A stretch of 64,000 nt of DNA from a virus (Duplodnaviria; Caudoviricetes), in the IMG/VR virus record IMGVR_UViG_2667527228_000001, positions 23,736 through 87,735 of that record; one strand, written 5' to 3'. The first letter of the stretch is position 1. The number at the start of each line of letters is the position of its first letter. Under the pieces are notes generated by a model. That model was not told the origin of the DNA. It did no database searches and worked only from the letters and a program-made list of their open reading frames with translations. Position numbers and translations under genes: made by a program. Below are positions 28,123 to 36,902 of the stretch, in pieces.

Positions 28123-29046
28123 TTACGCCGCTCGTATTAAAGCCTCAATTATCCGCTGCCCGGCTAACGGCGGAACCGCGTTCCCGGTCATGTGCATTGT
28201 CAGGCGGTGATTGTCCGGCCGAAGGGTATTGGCAGGAAAAGATTGAGCGGCCATCGCCTCGTTGGCAGTGATCATGCGCATCATGTCGCCGTCGACCACT
28301 GCCCAACGGTCCAGAGTGGTGATAGTGCCGATCGGGCGGTCAAGGCTGCGCCCGGTTAGTCCAGATCCTGAGCCGTAATAGGGCATGACGAAGCGTTCGC
28401 CGAAGCGTTCGCGACCATTCTTCACACGGGTCATCGTTGACGCGGCGCGGCCTGGTTTGTTGATCGGCGACCACTTACCGGCGTCGAAATCGATAATCTC
28501 GCGGGCTGGCACGTGTTGGAAGCGGGGCAATTGCAAGTGCAGCGGTGCCCTGCTGCGCGAGCAGACCATGAACAGGCGTACTCGGTGCTGCGGGACGCCA
28601 AGGTCAGCGCAATCCACTATGTGCGGGGCCAATGCGTAACCCAAGCGCTGCATCGCGTCTGCCCACGCTGGGTATAGAACCCAGTCCATGAACTCCGGAA
28701 CGTTCTCGATCACGGCGAACTCAGGCCGATTCACTTCGGCGTTCCCCACTGGGGCCCAAGCTGTCGATCGTGAGTTATCCCGTTTTGGGTCAGCTTGCGC
28801 CAGGCCGCGGGCCTTCGTGTGCCCTTGGCAGCATGGGGATGCCAGCATCACGTCATGTTTCGGCACTTGCGACCAGTCAGCCTGGTGGAGGTCCTGGCAC
28901 GCGTGAATGGTGTCCGGGTTGTTGCGGGTGTGCCACTCAACTGCCTCGGGCCAATGGTTTGCAGCCCAGAGAACATTGAGGCCTGCGTTGCGGCCGCCCT
29001 TAGTCCACCCGCCGAAGCCGGAGAACAAGTCGATTGCTGATTGCAT
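28123..29046 (-). CDS. DNA cytosine-5 methyltransferase (orphan)
   Basis: DLFSGFGG, SPCCQ, ENV, QHRVR, GNAV motifs. Confidence 0.92.
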   Translation of the reverse strand: MQSAIDLFSGFGGWTKGGRNAGLNVLWAANHWPEAVEWHTRNNPDTIHACQDLHQADWSQVPKHDVMLASPCCQGHTKARGLAQADPKRDNSRSTAWAPVGNAEVNRPEFAVIENVPEFMDWVLYPAWADAMQRLGYALAPHIVDCADLGVPQHRVRLFMVCSRSRAPLHLQLPRFQHVPAREIIDFDAGKWSPINKPGRAASTMTRVKNGRERFGERFVMPYYGSGSGLTGRSLDRPIGTITTLDRWAVVDGDMMRMITANEAMAAQSFPANTLRPDNHRLTMHMTGNAVPPLAGQRIIEALIRAA

Positions 29047-29093
29047 AGGGGATCCTCGCCGGTATAGTCACGGGTTTTAAATGGGGGTGGGTT

Positions 29094-29585
29094 GTGAGTT
29101 GGGAAACAGTTTCTTGCTGGATCGAAAGTCACCCAGGACTGGCATCATGGGTGCAAGCGGTGGGATCAATTTTGGCAATACTGGCAGCAATTTGGATCGC
29201 GAATAGGGATTCGAGATTCAGGCGAAATGCCGACAGAGAAGCAAGGCTCGGCGCTCTTGTCCGTGCTATAACCGCTGTAACAGATGCAAAAAAGCGAGTC
29301 GTAGCCGGATTTGAAGGGATGAAAGAAATAGGCCCGTCGCGGGAACTTGTTGCCGCTATCAAATCTGATCTCCAAAAATCTGAGGAGCACCTGAAAGAAG
29401 CCATGTCGATTCATGGGGTGGATTCAGAAATCTATGTACATCTCTATGATGCTAGGATTGCCGTCGAATCTTCGGCTCAGATGCTGTATCTCGTCTCTTC
29501 CGGGGGGACTACGGGTGAAATTACGCTCGCAGGCCTAGATGCAGCACTTGATTCCCTCAAAAAAATGCAAATCGCAAAAGGCTAA
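29094..29585 (+). CDS. Moron: single-TM membrane protein
   Basis: ASWVQAVGSILAILAAIWIA TM followed by basic residues. Confidence 0.72.
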   Translation: MSWETVSCWIESHPGLASWVQAVGSILAILAAIWIANRDSRFRRNADREARLGALVRAITAVTDAKKRVVAGFEGMKEIGPSRELVAAIKSDLQKSEEHLKEAMSIHGVDSEIYVHLYDARIAVESSAQMLYLVSSGGTTGEITLAGLDAALDSLKKMQIAKG

Positions 29586-29707
29586 ATCTACATTATTCTC
29601 AATGAAGCCGACGCCCGAAGTTTGGTGAGCCTGGCACCGATTGGCGTGATTCGTTGAAGTGGTGTATTTGTGTTCTGCCCGGCATGGGGCTAGTAAGGGG
29701 GAGTGTG

Positions 29708-30277
29708 GTGGATTTGATTAGTGGGTTTAGCTCTGTTTTAACAGCAGCGCTGGGCGGGTTGATATCGTCGGGCGTGATCACATATGTTTTAGGTGCTCGA
29801 CGGGCAGAGAGAGAAGTGCTTCGGGGTAAACTTGAGTCGTTGTATACAGAGTTGTCTAAAGATATGCGTCTAGTGCATGTTAGAGCCAACGCTTGCGTCG
29901 ACGATGTCCAGAAGTTAGAACAGGATCAGTCTATTGATTCAGATGTTCCGGATAGCGCAAAGAATACTGAAAGTCAGCTGCCTTTTGACAGGTATTCATC
30001 GCTCATTAATATTTATTTTCCTAGTGTTGTTCCTGCCTATCAGAATTTTTTTTCAGTGTACCAAGCCGTCAATGCGCTACACATTAGAACTCAGGTTGAT
30101 CTGTTGTTGAATGGAAAAACATCAGTATCTAGATTCGATGACATTCTAAAAAAAGCAAGTGAACTAGGTCCGTGTGCCATGGCCGTACATAGCGCGCTTC
30201 TATATGAGGCTGACAAAATTAATTGCCCATTATGGCGAAGACCATTTTTAAAGAAACGTCACGATCCGACCGTATGA
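29708..30277 (+). CDS. Moron: single-TM membrane protein
   Basis: RBS AAGGGGGAG, GTG start; N-terminal hydrophobic helix; AT-rich. Confidence 0.7.
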   Translation: MDLISGFSSVLTAALGGLISSGVITYVLGARRAEREVLRGKLESLYTELSKDMRLVHVRANACVDDVQKLEQDQSIDSDVPDSAKNTESQLPFDRYSSLINIYFPSVVPAYQNFFSVYQAVNALHIRTQVDLLLNGKTSVSRFDDILKKASELGPCAMAVHSALLYEADKINCPLWRRPFLKKRHDPTV

Positions 30278-30405
30278 CATTTAACAAACTCAACGGATCT
30301 TTCTTGGGGTGGAACTCCAAGGTAAGACCAGTTTGACGCGAATAACTTCGCCGATTGGCAGTGGGATACTCGCGGTAGAACAAGCCGGTCGCCCGGCCTG
30401 ATTAA

Positions 30406-31221
30406 TTACTTCGGATCGAACGCACCGAGGGAAAGCGATGCGTTGGTGCCAATCTTGTCCTGCAGCACTGTCTTGAACTCCTGCGCTATGTCTTCGCGCT
30501 GTACCTCTTCACCAACCCAGCGCAGCTTCAACGCCGGCACTGCGCCGCTGGTGATCACCGAAATGCGCAGATTGATCTGCTGCTCGGTCAAACCCTCGTA
30601 AGGGATGGTGCTGAACAACAGGGCCGCCGGCAGCGTTTCTTTGCTGCGAGCCTCAATCTGATCCATGGCGCTACGGCTGGCGCTGGTATCGCCGACGGTG
30701 GTTTCAGATTCGCTGGATGCTTTGACTGTGATGGTTCGCACCGCCGCGATGGCCTTTGCAACGGGAATCGCTTTGCCTTCGTCATCCACCGGCGTCAGGT
30801 ACTGGTGCCAGTCTTCGATCCAGTCGCTCAGATCCTTCTGCGTCATGGCCCGTCCGCCGATGGACTGCGCGGCTTTGTAGCCTGCTGATGCCTTCAGCTT
30901 CAGCACAGCGCGGTCGTCGGCATGGCCTGGCTCGGAATCGTCACCCAGATTGAACAGCAGGGTGCAGGTCATTTCGTCCTGGTCGATGAAGCCCTTGGCG
31001 GTGGCGATCGCCCGATCAGCGACGTAGGTGCTGAAGTCGGCCAGCGAATGGGTGGAGTAAATGCCGCGGAAGCGGCTGCGACCGGACTGCCATTTTTCCA
31101 GGCTGACAACCTGGCAACCTTCCGGCAGAACCACTGTCGGCGTCAGGGTGTCCAGCGGCTTGCCGCTCGCTTCGAGCGCAGTGTCGGTGATGAGCTGGAT
31201 CGCTTCTTTGGTCAGAGACAT
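30406..31221 (-). CDS. DUF2303/YfdQ-like phage protein
   Basis: RSRFRG, PGHADD, QKDLSDWIEDW motifs. Confidence 0.8.
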   Translation of the reverse strand: MSLTKEAIQLITDTALEASGKPLDTLTPTVVLPEGCQVVSLEKWQSGRSRFRGIYSTHSLADFSTYVADRAIATAKGFIDQDEMTCTLLFNLGDDSEPGHADDRAVLKLKASAGYKAAQSIGGRAMTQKDLSDWIEDWHQYLTPVDDEGKAIPVAKAIAAVRTITVKASSESETTVGDTSASRSAMDQIEARSKETLPAALLFSTIPYEGLTEQQINLRISVITSGAVPALKLRWVGEEVQREDIAQEFKTVLQDKIGTNASLSLGAFDPK

Positions 31222-31247
31222 TGTTTAGGTCCTTGGTGGTTAAGCGG

Positions 31248-31595
31248 TTAGGTGCGAGGGGTGATGGGAGCTTGTTCGCGGCTGAAAAGCTGGTCGTGTT
31301 TCTCCGCGAAGAGGGTGATCTTGCCGCCGGTACCAACGTGCATCGGCGTATCCAGGCTGGTGTTCTCGCTGCGGGTACCGCGCTTAGTCGGCACCTTGTA
31401 GTCGAGCTTGTGCTTGATCTTCACTTGGCTGGACTCGCCGATCTGGCTGAAGTCCAGGGTGATCACCAGCTTGCCGGTCTTGCCATGGTCAACAACCCCG
31501 GCGGCAACTTCGGAAAGGGCGTGGCCGATCTGGCTGGCAAATGCGCCGCCGTTCAGTTCTTCGAGAAACTCGGCGGTGTCGGTTGGGGTTGGCAT
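31248..31595 (-). CDS. YfdP-like phage protein
   Basis: FLEELNGG...TPMHVGTGG; usual partner of DUF2303. Confidence 0.72.
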   Translation of the reverse strand: MPTPTDTAEFLEELNGGAFASQIGHALSEVAAGVVDHGKTGKLVITLDFSQIGESSQVKIKHKLDYKVPTKRGTRSENTSLDTPMHVGTGGKITLFAEKHDQLFSREQAPITPRT

Positions 31596-31686
31596 GGCTG
31601 TTTCTCCGGGATGGCCAAGAGGCCGCTGGGGGGAAGGTTGAATTGCGACTGGCGAAGGCGCTGGCGCACCTGGGTATTGATTCGTT

Positions 31687-32148
31687 TCACGCGGCGACCT
31701 TCACTTGGTGCCAGGCGCCGGCGGCGTAGAACAGCTTCGCGGCCTGTGCCTCGTCGAGCGATACCTCGGCAGGAACGGCGATCCAGCCCGACGCCACCAG
31801 GTGGTTCGGGTTGCAGCTGTCTCGCAGCTCCAGGTAGTAATGCTCGATGGCATCTGTCAGGCGCTCGACCTTGTAGATGCCCTCGGGCGAGATCTCTACC
31901 GACTTGACGTACTCGACGCCGCGATCATCGCGGCACATGGCGCTGAGGTAGATCGTCCAGCGGTAGGAGAAGTCGAACAGCGCGTTTGCGATGGCCAGGC
32001 TTCGGATCTGCCGGCAGCTCTTCCAGTTGGCCATGATCTGCGCGCCGCTGGGGTCAATGTTCACGACGGCGACGTGATTGGTCCTGAGCAACGCCCGGCA
32101 GTTTCGTTCGGCACGGGCGAAGCCATTGTTCGGCTTGCGCTTGCTCAT
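31687..32148 (-). CDS. Phage hypothetical protein
   Basis: Co-oriented, overlapping start/stop with upstream ORF. Confidence 0.7.
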   Translation of the reverse strand: MSKRKPNNGFARAERNCRALLRTNHVAVVNIDPSGAQIMANWKSCRQIRSLAIANALFDFSYRWTIYLSAMCRDDRGVEYVKSVEISPEGIYKVERLTDAIEHYYLELRDSCNPNHLVASGWIAVPAEVSLDEAQAAKLFYAAGAWHQVKVAA

Positions 32149-32378
32149 AGCGCCTCCGTGATTCGTCGCAGTGCGATCCGTTCGGCGTGGGATGGGGAAG
32201 GCCGCCGGCGTTTCAGTACGGTGTCCGGGTCGATCTTGTTGGAGCGGGAAGGGCGGGGCTCAGGCCTGAAGGCCGCTGCGGCTTCAGCCTTCCCACCGGC
32301 ACCGAAGAACTCGGCGATTTTGCGTTCGATTTCGGTCAGTACCGCGGTGCGCGGGTCTGGCAGAGGACCGGTGTTCAT
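32145..32378 (-). CDS. Phage hypothetical protein
   Basis: IAEFFGAGG motif; ATGA coupling. Confidence 0.65.
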   Translation of the reverse strand: MNTGPLPDPRTAVLTEIERKIAEFFGAGGKAEAAAAFRPEPRPSRSNKIDPDTVLKRRRPSPSHAERIALRRITEAL

Positions 32379-32737
32379 CGTGAGACTCCCATGAAGGCGA
32401 ATCCGGCGAGCATGACGGCGGACACGAATGCCCAACGGGTCATCAAGCGCGCCACGTAAGCGACGGTGCGCTGCGTAGTTTTGGTAGCGCGAGCCGCGCT
32501 TTCGAAATCCTCAGCCGACCGGCAGGCATTGAGGTGTCCGGCGATTTCGGCACGCTCGGTACCGGTCTGGCGATCAACTACGCCAAACAGATTGTTACCG
32601 TGTGGCACTACGGTGAAGCGCGGCGAAGCCACGGCGGCTGTAATCCCTGCCTTTTGGTAGAACTCGGCGGTGGCCAGGGTGGCGCGTTGACGCAGTCCGT
32701 CAAGGATGGCTCGGCTCAGTTGGATTGTCGGGTTCAT
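32375..32737 (-). CDS. Phage hypothetical protein with C-terminal TM
   Basis: RBS GAGGAAAGG; hydrophobic C-terminus. Confidence 0.65.
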   Translation of the reverse strand: MNPTIQLSRAILDGLRQRATLATAEFYQKAGITAAVASPRFTVVPHGNNLFGVVDRQTGTERAEIAGHLNACRSAEDFESAARATKTTQRTVAYVARLMTRWAFVSAVMLAGFAFMGVSR

Positions 32738-32812
32738 GTCCTTTCCTCAGTTCATTCGACAGGAAAAACTTTTCCGGTTAGGTGCAAAATGTTTCCGATG
32801 TGCTTACACCAC

Positions 32813-33196
32813 CTATGCATGGAGGTCGTAGGCCTCGGCGCGTTTCGCCGTCCGTACCTGGGCGATTCGACGTTCAGGGACTCGGCGATCACGTCGCATG
32901 GAATCGCCATCAAGCATTGCGTGCATGGCGATCAGCGCTGCCAGCACGAAGCACATCGGGGAAATGATTTGCCGGCGCATCGCCTCGGCTACCAATGCGG
33001 CGCGGCGGGTGACGCCGAGCTTGAACATTGCATTGGTGAGGCGTTTCGCGACGGTGGCCGGTGAAATGCCGACCTCTCGCGCGATTTCCTTGGCGGTCAG
33101 CCCGAGGGCTACCCACAGAAGGAACTGAAGCTCTCGCGGCGCCAGGCCACGACCGAGGTGACCCTTCCATGTGCCATTTACGATTTCTGTTTCCAT
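32813..33196 (-). CDS. LuxR-type HTH regulator, first gene of PL operon
   Basis: LAPRELQFL...GLTAKEIAREVGISPATV...KLGV motif. Confidence 0.85.
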   Translation of the reverse strand: METEIVNGTWKGHLGRGLAPRELQFLLWVALGLTAKEIAREVGISPATVAKRLTNAMFKLGVTRRAALVAEAMRRQIISPMCFVLAALIAMHAMLDGDSMRRDRRVPERRIAQVRTAKRAEAYDLHA

Positions 33197-33328
33197 CGCG
33201 TTGACTCCCGGTTGTTTTCCCAATGCACCCGGGTAAGCAGGTGCATCAGTGAAAAACTCTGTGTCCCTTCGGCGCTGCTGGCGCGGTACGGGCTCAATCA
33301 AGTTGTTCGTCCGACCGCGACTCAGTCC

Positions 33329-33440
33329 GCCGGATAACTGTTTGCGGTGCTTTACGCTGCACACCTGGGTCAGTTGCCAACCCTCTGAACCATTGAGGCT
33401 GGTTCATCGCTGCCTTTCATATGGCCGGTTGTTATCCGGC
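33329..33440 (-). ncRNA. Candidate structured leader RNA at 5' end of PL transcript
   Basis: 10-bp closing stem GCCGGATAAC/GTTATCCGGC enclosing 3-4 hairpins including a GCAA tetraloop. Confidence 0.55.
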
Positions 33441-33449
33441 AATGATGCA

Positions 33450-33493
33450 ACATTACCCATGGGTAACATTATTGGTCAATACCTGTAGGTAAT
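33450..33493 (-). promoter_or_regulatory. PL promoter with two OL operators
   Basis: -35 TTGACC (33479-33474), -10 TAATGT (33455-33450); palindromes ATTACCCATGGGTAAC and AATACCTGTAGGTAAT. Confidence 0.78.
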
Positions 33494-33509
33494 TATTTTT
33501 CTCGCGGGC

Positions 33510-33541
33510 GAAAAAAAACCCGCTGGAAAGGCGGGTTTTTT
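33510..33541. terminator. Bidirectional terminator after cI
   Basis: A-tract-CCCGC-TGGAAAG-GCGGG-T-tract. Confidence 0.85.
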
Positions 33542-33558
33542 GAGTGGCTTGATAGCGA

Positions 33559-34296
33559 TTAGAGAAGAACTGAGTACCAGAAGACCTTACCGATCACGAT
33601 GATGTCTTTTTTTAGCATTTCCTCTGCGCTGTATTCTTCGTCCGGATGCTCGTCTCTGTTGTAGCTGCGCATTCTGATGCCGCCGCCAGGTGCGCGGTAC
33701 AGGGTCTTCACCCTGAGTTGGCCTCCGTGATTCAAGGCGTACATTTTTCCATCAGTTATCGATGTGCAACCCTGGTCAACGCCAACAGTACTTCCATGAG
33801 GCAGCACCGGCTCCATGCTGTTTCCGGCCACGGAAACACATACCGCTTCGCTCGGCTGCACGTTCTGTCTACGAAGTGTTTGCTTGCCAAAACGCAGCTT
33901 TTGCTTATGCGATGGCTCTACCACGGTCTTTCCGCTACCTGCGGATAGTTCTACTTCCTTGAGGAACGGCACGTACACCTCATCATCATCCAGCGGTGTG
34001 TCATCGTCCCAAACCGAGAATTGGCCCAGGTATTCGGCGTTGCTCTCAACTTTCTCCGCAGGTTGCATGCCCTGACGGTCAAGCTGATAACGCTCTAGGT
34101 TGAGCTTCGTCTCAATGTCCCGAGCGAAGTCTTCCCCGATGTTTTTGCTACCGGCTGAGGATGGCGCAGTCGAGAGGCAGCGGGATATGTAGTTGGCACT
34201 CTTTCCCAAAGCATCGGCCAACCTGGCCTGCTTTCCGTCAAAGCGCTGCTTCATGAGTGCCCGCAAATTTTCGCGGCGAATATCTGAAATTTCCAT
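33559..34296 (-). CDS. cI: CI-like repressor (HTH + S24 autopeptidase)
   Basis: N-terminal HTH; LSAG cleavage site, GNSMEP Ser, VKTL Lys; start may be 34311. Confidence 0.93.
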   Translation of the reverse strand: MEISDIRRENLRALMKQRFDGKQARLADALGKSANYISRCLSTAPSSAGSKNIGEDFARDIETKLNLERYQLDRQGMQPAEKVESNAEYLGQFSVWDDDTPLDDDEVYVPFLKEVELSAGSGKTVVEPSHKQKLRFGKQTLRRQNVQPSEAVCVSVAGNSMEPVLPHGSTVGVDQGCTSITDGKMYALNHGGQLRVKTLYRAPGGGIRMRSYNRDEHPDEEYSAEEMLKKDIIVIGKVFWYSVLL

Positions 34297-34315
34297 CCGC
34301 AAATCATCCATCACG

Positions 34316-34373
34316 GTTACCAATAGGTAAATTCCCTGTGGGTATTGCTTTGAGATTACCTAGAGGTAATACT
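34316..34373. promoter_or_regulatory. OR region: three TTACC-N4-GGTAA-type operators with PR/PRM
   Basis: GTTACCAATAGGTAAA, ATTCCCTGTGGGTATT, ATTACCTAGAGGTAAT; same motif as OL. Confidence 0.8.
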
Positions 34374-34398
34374 TTCTACGTCTACAAGGAGGGCCCGC

Positions 34399-34629
34399 AT
34401 GCGGACCAAAAAACCACAACTTCTCGTGTGGCTGAAAACTGCAAGTGACGCGGACGTCCTCAGTACTGGGACTAGTCGCGCCTATTTGCGCCTGATCGCC
34501 TACGGCCATAAGACCGCTTCAGCCGAAATAGCTGCTCGCACTGAGTCAGCTACAGGGGGAAAGGTAACCAGAAAGGACCTTCGACCCGATGACTGGCAAC
34601 AAATCTGGCCAGAGCTTTCTGGGGCTTGA
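34399..34629 (+). CDS. cro: Cro-like repressor (YdaS-like)
   Basis: Divergent from cI; GTSRAYL...TGGKVTRKDLRPDDW..IWPEL. Confidence 0.85.
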   Translation: MRTKKPQLLVWLKTASDADVLSTGTSRAYLRLIAYGHKTASAEIAARTESATGGKVTRKDLRPDDWQQIWPELSGA

Positions 34630-34702
34630 GCGTGCATCGATTCCCGTTTCGTTGAACCAATTATTCGGGAATTTGCATTTTGAAGCAGTACACCGTGCAT
34701 AG

Positions 34703-34718
34703 CTGTTCATTTATACAG
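34703..34718. promoter_or_regulatory. LexA (SOS) box
   Basis: CTGTTCATTTATACAG = CTGT-N8-ACAG with AT-rich spacer. Confidence 0.72.
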
Positions 34719-34828
34719 CGCATAGGACATGGAGGCAGAAGGACGATGAAATCTAAAAGTGGCAACTCGCCGGAAAAACGCCTTGGTCACCTCAAGGCAT
34801 CGCCGGTTTCTGTCCAGGATGTTTCCGT

Positions 34829-35530
34829 ATGAGCACCGTCATCATGAGCGCGTGCTGGCCACTGCTCGGCATGAGCCCGGCTCAGAAGGCAGTCCTGATC
34901 TCTTTGGCCGACAACGCCAATGACGAGGGCGTTTGCTGGCCTTCCATTGCGACAATTGGAGTGCGCACTTGCCTGTCTGAGCGTGCGGTTCGCAACGCCT
35001 TGCGTTGGCTGGAGGAGGCGGGCGTGTTGGCGAGTAACCAACGTTTTGGCCGTTCGACCTGGTATTCAATCACCCCGGCAGGATATGCCCCCGGCAGCAA
35101 ATGCCCCCCGGCACCAGATGCCCCATCACCCCGGCAGGATATGCCGGACACCCCGGCACCAGATGCCCCCAGAACCGTAAGGGAACCGTCAATTGAACCG
35201 TCACAGGGTGGCAATCGCGTTCCGCGCTCGCCGTCTTGCCCGGTTCAGGACATCGTTGATTTGTTCAACCGACTGCTCACACCAGCTCTACCGACCGTAG
35301 TTCTCGTCTCCGAGGCACGCAAAAAGCAAATCCGTGCACGCTGGAACCAGAGCGACGTTCACCAGAATCTTGAGTTCTGGACGGAGTACTTCGCCACGGT
35401 CGCCCAGTCCGATTTCCTGATGGGCCGTGCTTCGGGTAAAAACGGCGGCGCACCTTTCCGGGCCAGCTTCGACTGGCTGATCGCCCCGAGCAACTTCGTC
35501 AAGGTTGTGGAGGGCAATTACAGTGCGTGA
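34829..35530 (+). CDS. Replication initiator (O-like, N-terminal HTH)
   Basis: KAVLISLADNANDEGVCWPS; FDWLI...KVVEGNY C-terminus. Confidence 0.87.
   Translation: MSTVIMSACWPLLGMSPAQKAVLISLADNANDEGVCWPSIATIGVRTCLSERAVRNALRWLEEAGVLASNQRFGRSTWYSITPAGYAPGSKCPPAPDAPSPRQDMPDTPAPDAPRTVREPSIEPSQGGNRVPRSPSCPVQDIVDLFNRLLTPALPTVVLVSEARKKQIRARWNQSDVHQNLEFWTEYFATVAQSDFLMGRASGKNGGAPFRASFDWLIAPSNFVKVVEGNYSA
35071..35170 (+). repeat. Replication origin iterons inside initiator gene
   Basis: CACCCCGGCAGGATATGCC twice, CCCCGGCACCAGATGCCCC twice, plus one variant. Confidence 0.8.
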
Positions 35531-36902
35531 GCCCTACAGCATCGAGGCCGAGCACGGCCTGCTGGGCGCGATGATGCAGCGTCCTGAACTGATCGACTCC
35601 CTGAGCGACGACCTGTCCCCCGAATCGTTTTACTTTCCAGCAAACGCCGAGGTGTATCGGGGGATTCTCGCGGTTCGCGATGCGGGTAAGTCTGTCGACT
35701 TTCTCACCGTGGGTAATCACGTTGGCAATTTGGCTGATGGCTCGCCAGCTTTCGCCTACTGCGCCGAGATCGTCCACGGTACGCCCAGTGTTGCCAGTGC
35801 GAAGACCTATGCGGGCATCGTGCGTGAAAGGGCTATCGAACGTTCCCTGTTTGAGCTTGGCACCCAGGCCATGGATATCGCGCACAGCGATCAGGACGTG
35901 CAGGCGAAAATCGCCGCCGTCCAAGCCGCTGCCATGGCGATTGATTGCGGTGCGGGTGATGACGACATCGTCAAAGTGGGTGACGTGCTGGCCGATCAAC
36001 TGGAGGTTTGGCAGGAGCGCCACGATCGCCATGCCCGTGGTGAAACGCTGATCGGCCTATCCACCGGCCTGAAAGACCTGGACGAGAAACTGGGCGGCTT
36101 GCAGCCGGATCACCTGTACATCGTTGCCGGCCGGCCCGCCATGGGCAAAACCACGCTCGCCATGGGCTTCGTCATCGACGCAGCGGTGCGCCAGTGCAAG
36201 TCAGCGCTCGTCATCAGCCTGGAGATGAACAAAGGCCAGCTGCTCGACCGGGCGATAGCATCCGAGGGGCGTGTCCCGCTCACGTTGGTGAAAAACGGCA
36301 CGGCGTGCCAGAGCCACGGCGCGGAGCTTTCTGCTGCGGCCGGGATCCTGCGGCGCGCACCGCTTTACATCGCTGACCGAGCGGGTTCGTCGATTGGTCG
36401 CATCCGCTCCCTGGCCCGTCGCCACAAGATGCGTTACGGCCTGGACCTGCTGATGATCGATTACCTGCAATTGCTGGAAGGCGAGGGCGGTAACCGTACC
36501 GAAGAGGTCAGCAGCATCAGCCGGGGTTGCAAGCTGCTCGCCAAGGAGTTGGGCATTCCTGTCGTGTTGCTGAGCCAGCTTTCGCGCAAATGCGAAGAGC
36601 GCCCGAACAAGCGGCCTATCCCTTCCGATTTGCGGGAGTCCGGGGCCATCGAGCAGGACGCCGACGTGATCCTGTTCGTGTACCGCGACGAGGTCTACCA
36701 CGAAAACACTGATGCCAAAGGCATTGCCGAAATCATCATCGGCAAGGGGCGCGACATCGAAAAGGGCACCGTCCGTACAGCCTTCCTTGGGCAGTACAAC
36801 CGTTTTGAAAACCTTGCTGCGGGGTGGAAGCCAGAGCCTGTCGAGCAGCCGGAGAAAGTCACCAGTCTGGCCAGCCGTTACCGTCAAAAGGAAAAATTCT
36901 GA
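35523..36902 (+). CDS. dnaB: Replicative DNA helicase (phage DnaB-like)
   Basis: AGRPAMGKT, SLEM, IDYLQL, LSQLSR, DLRESGAIEQDAD. Confidence 0.95.
   Translation: MREPYSIEAEHGLLGAMMQRPELIDSLSDDLSPESFYFPANAEVYRGILAVRDAGKSVDFLTVGNHVGNLADGSPAFAYCAEIVHGTPSVASAKTYAGIVRERAIERSLFELGTQAMDIAHSDQDVQAKIAAVQAAAMAIDCGAGDDDIVKVGDVLADQLEVWQERHDRHARGETLIGLSTGLKDLDEKLGGLQPDHLYIVAGRPAMGKTTLAMGFVIDAAVRQCKSALVISLEMNKGQLLDRAIASEGRVPLTLVKNGTACQSHGAELSAAAGILRRAPLYIADRAGSSIGRIRSLARRHKMRYGLDLLMIDYLQLLEGEGGNRTEEVSSISRGCKLLAKELGIPVVLLSQLSRKCEERPNKRPIPSDLRESGAIEQDADVILFVYRDEVYHENTDAKGIAEIIIGKGRDIEKGTVRTAFLGQYNRFENLAAGWKPEPVEQPEKVTSLASRYRQKEKF

Noticed and set aside
27475-29585. Restriction-modification system around the methyltransferase
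   Set aside because: Flanking ORFs are membrane-anchored and show no nuclease motif
25359-32737. Anti-CRISPR locus among small early genes
   Set aside because: No recognisable Acr or Aca gene; cannot be supported without a search
35071-35170. Repeats as CRISPR array or VNTR
   Set aside because: No unique spacers; location inside the O-like gene fits origin iterons
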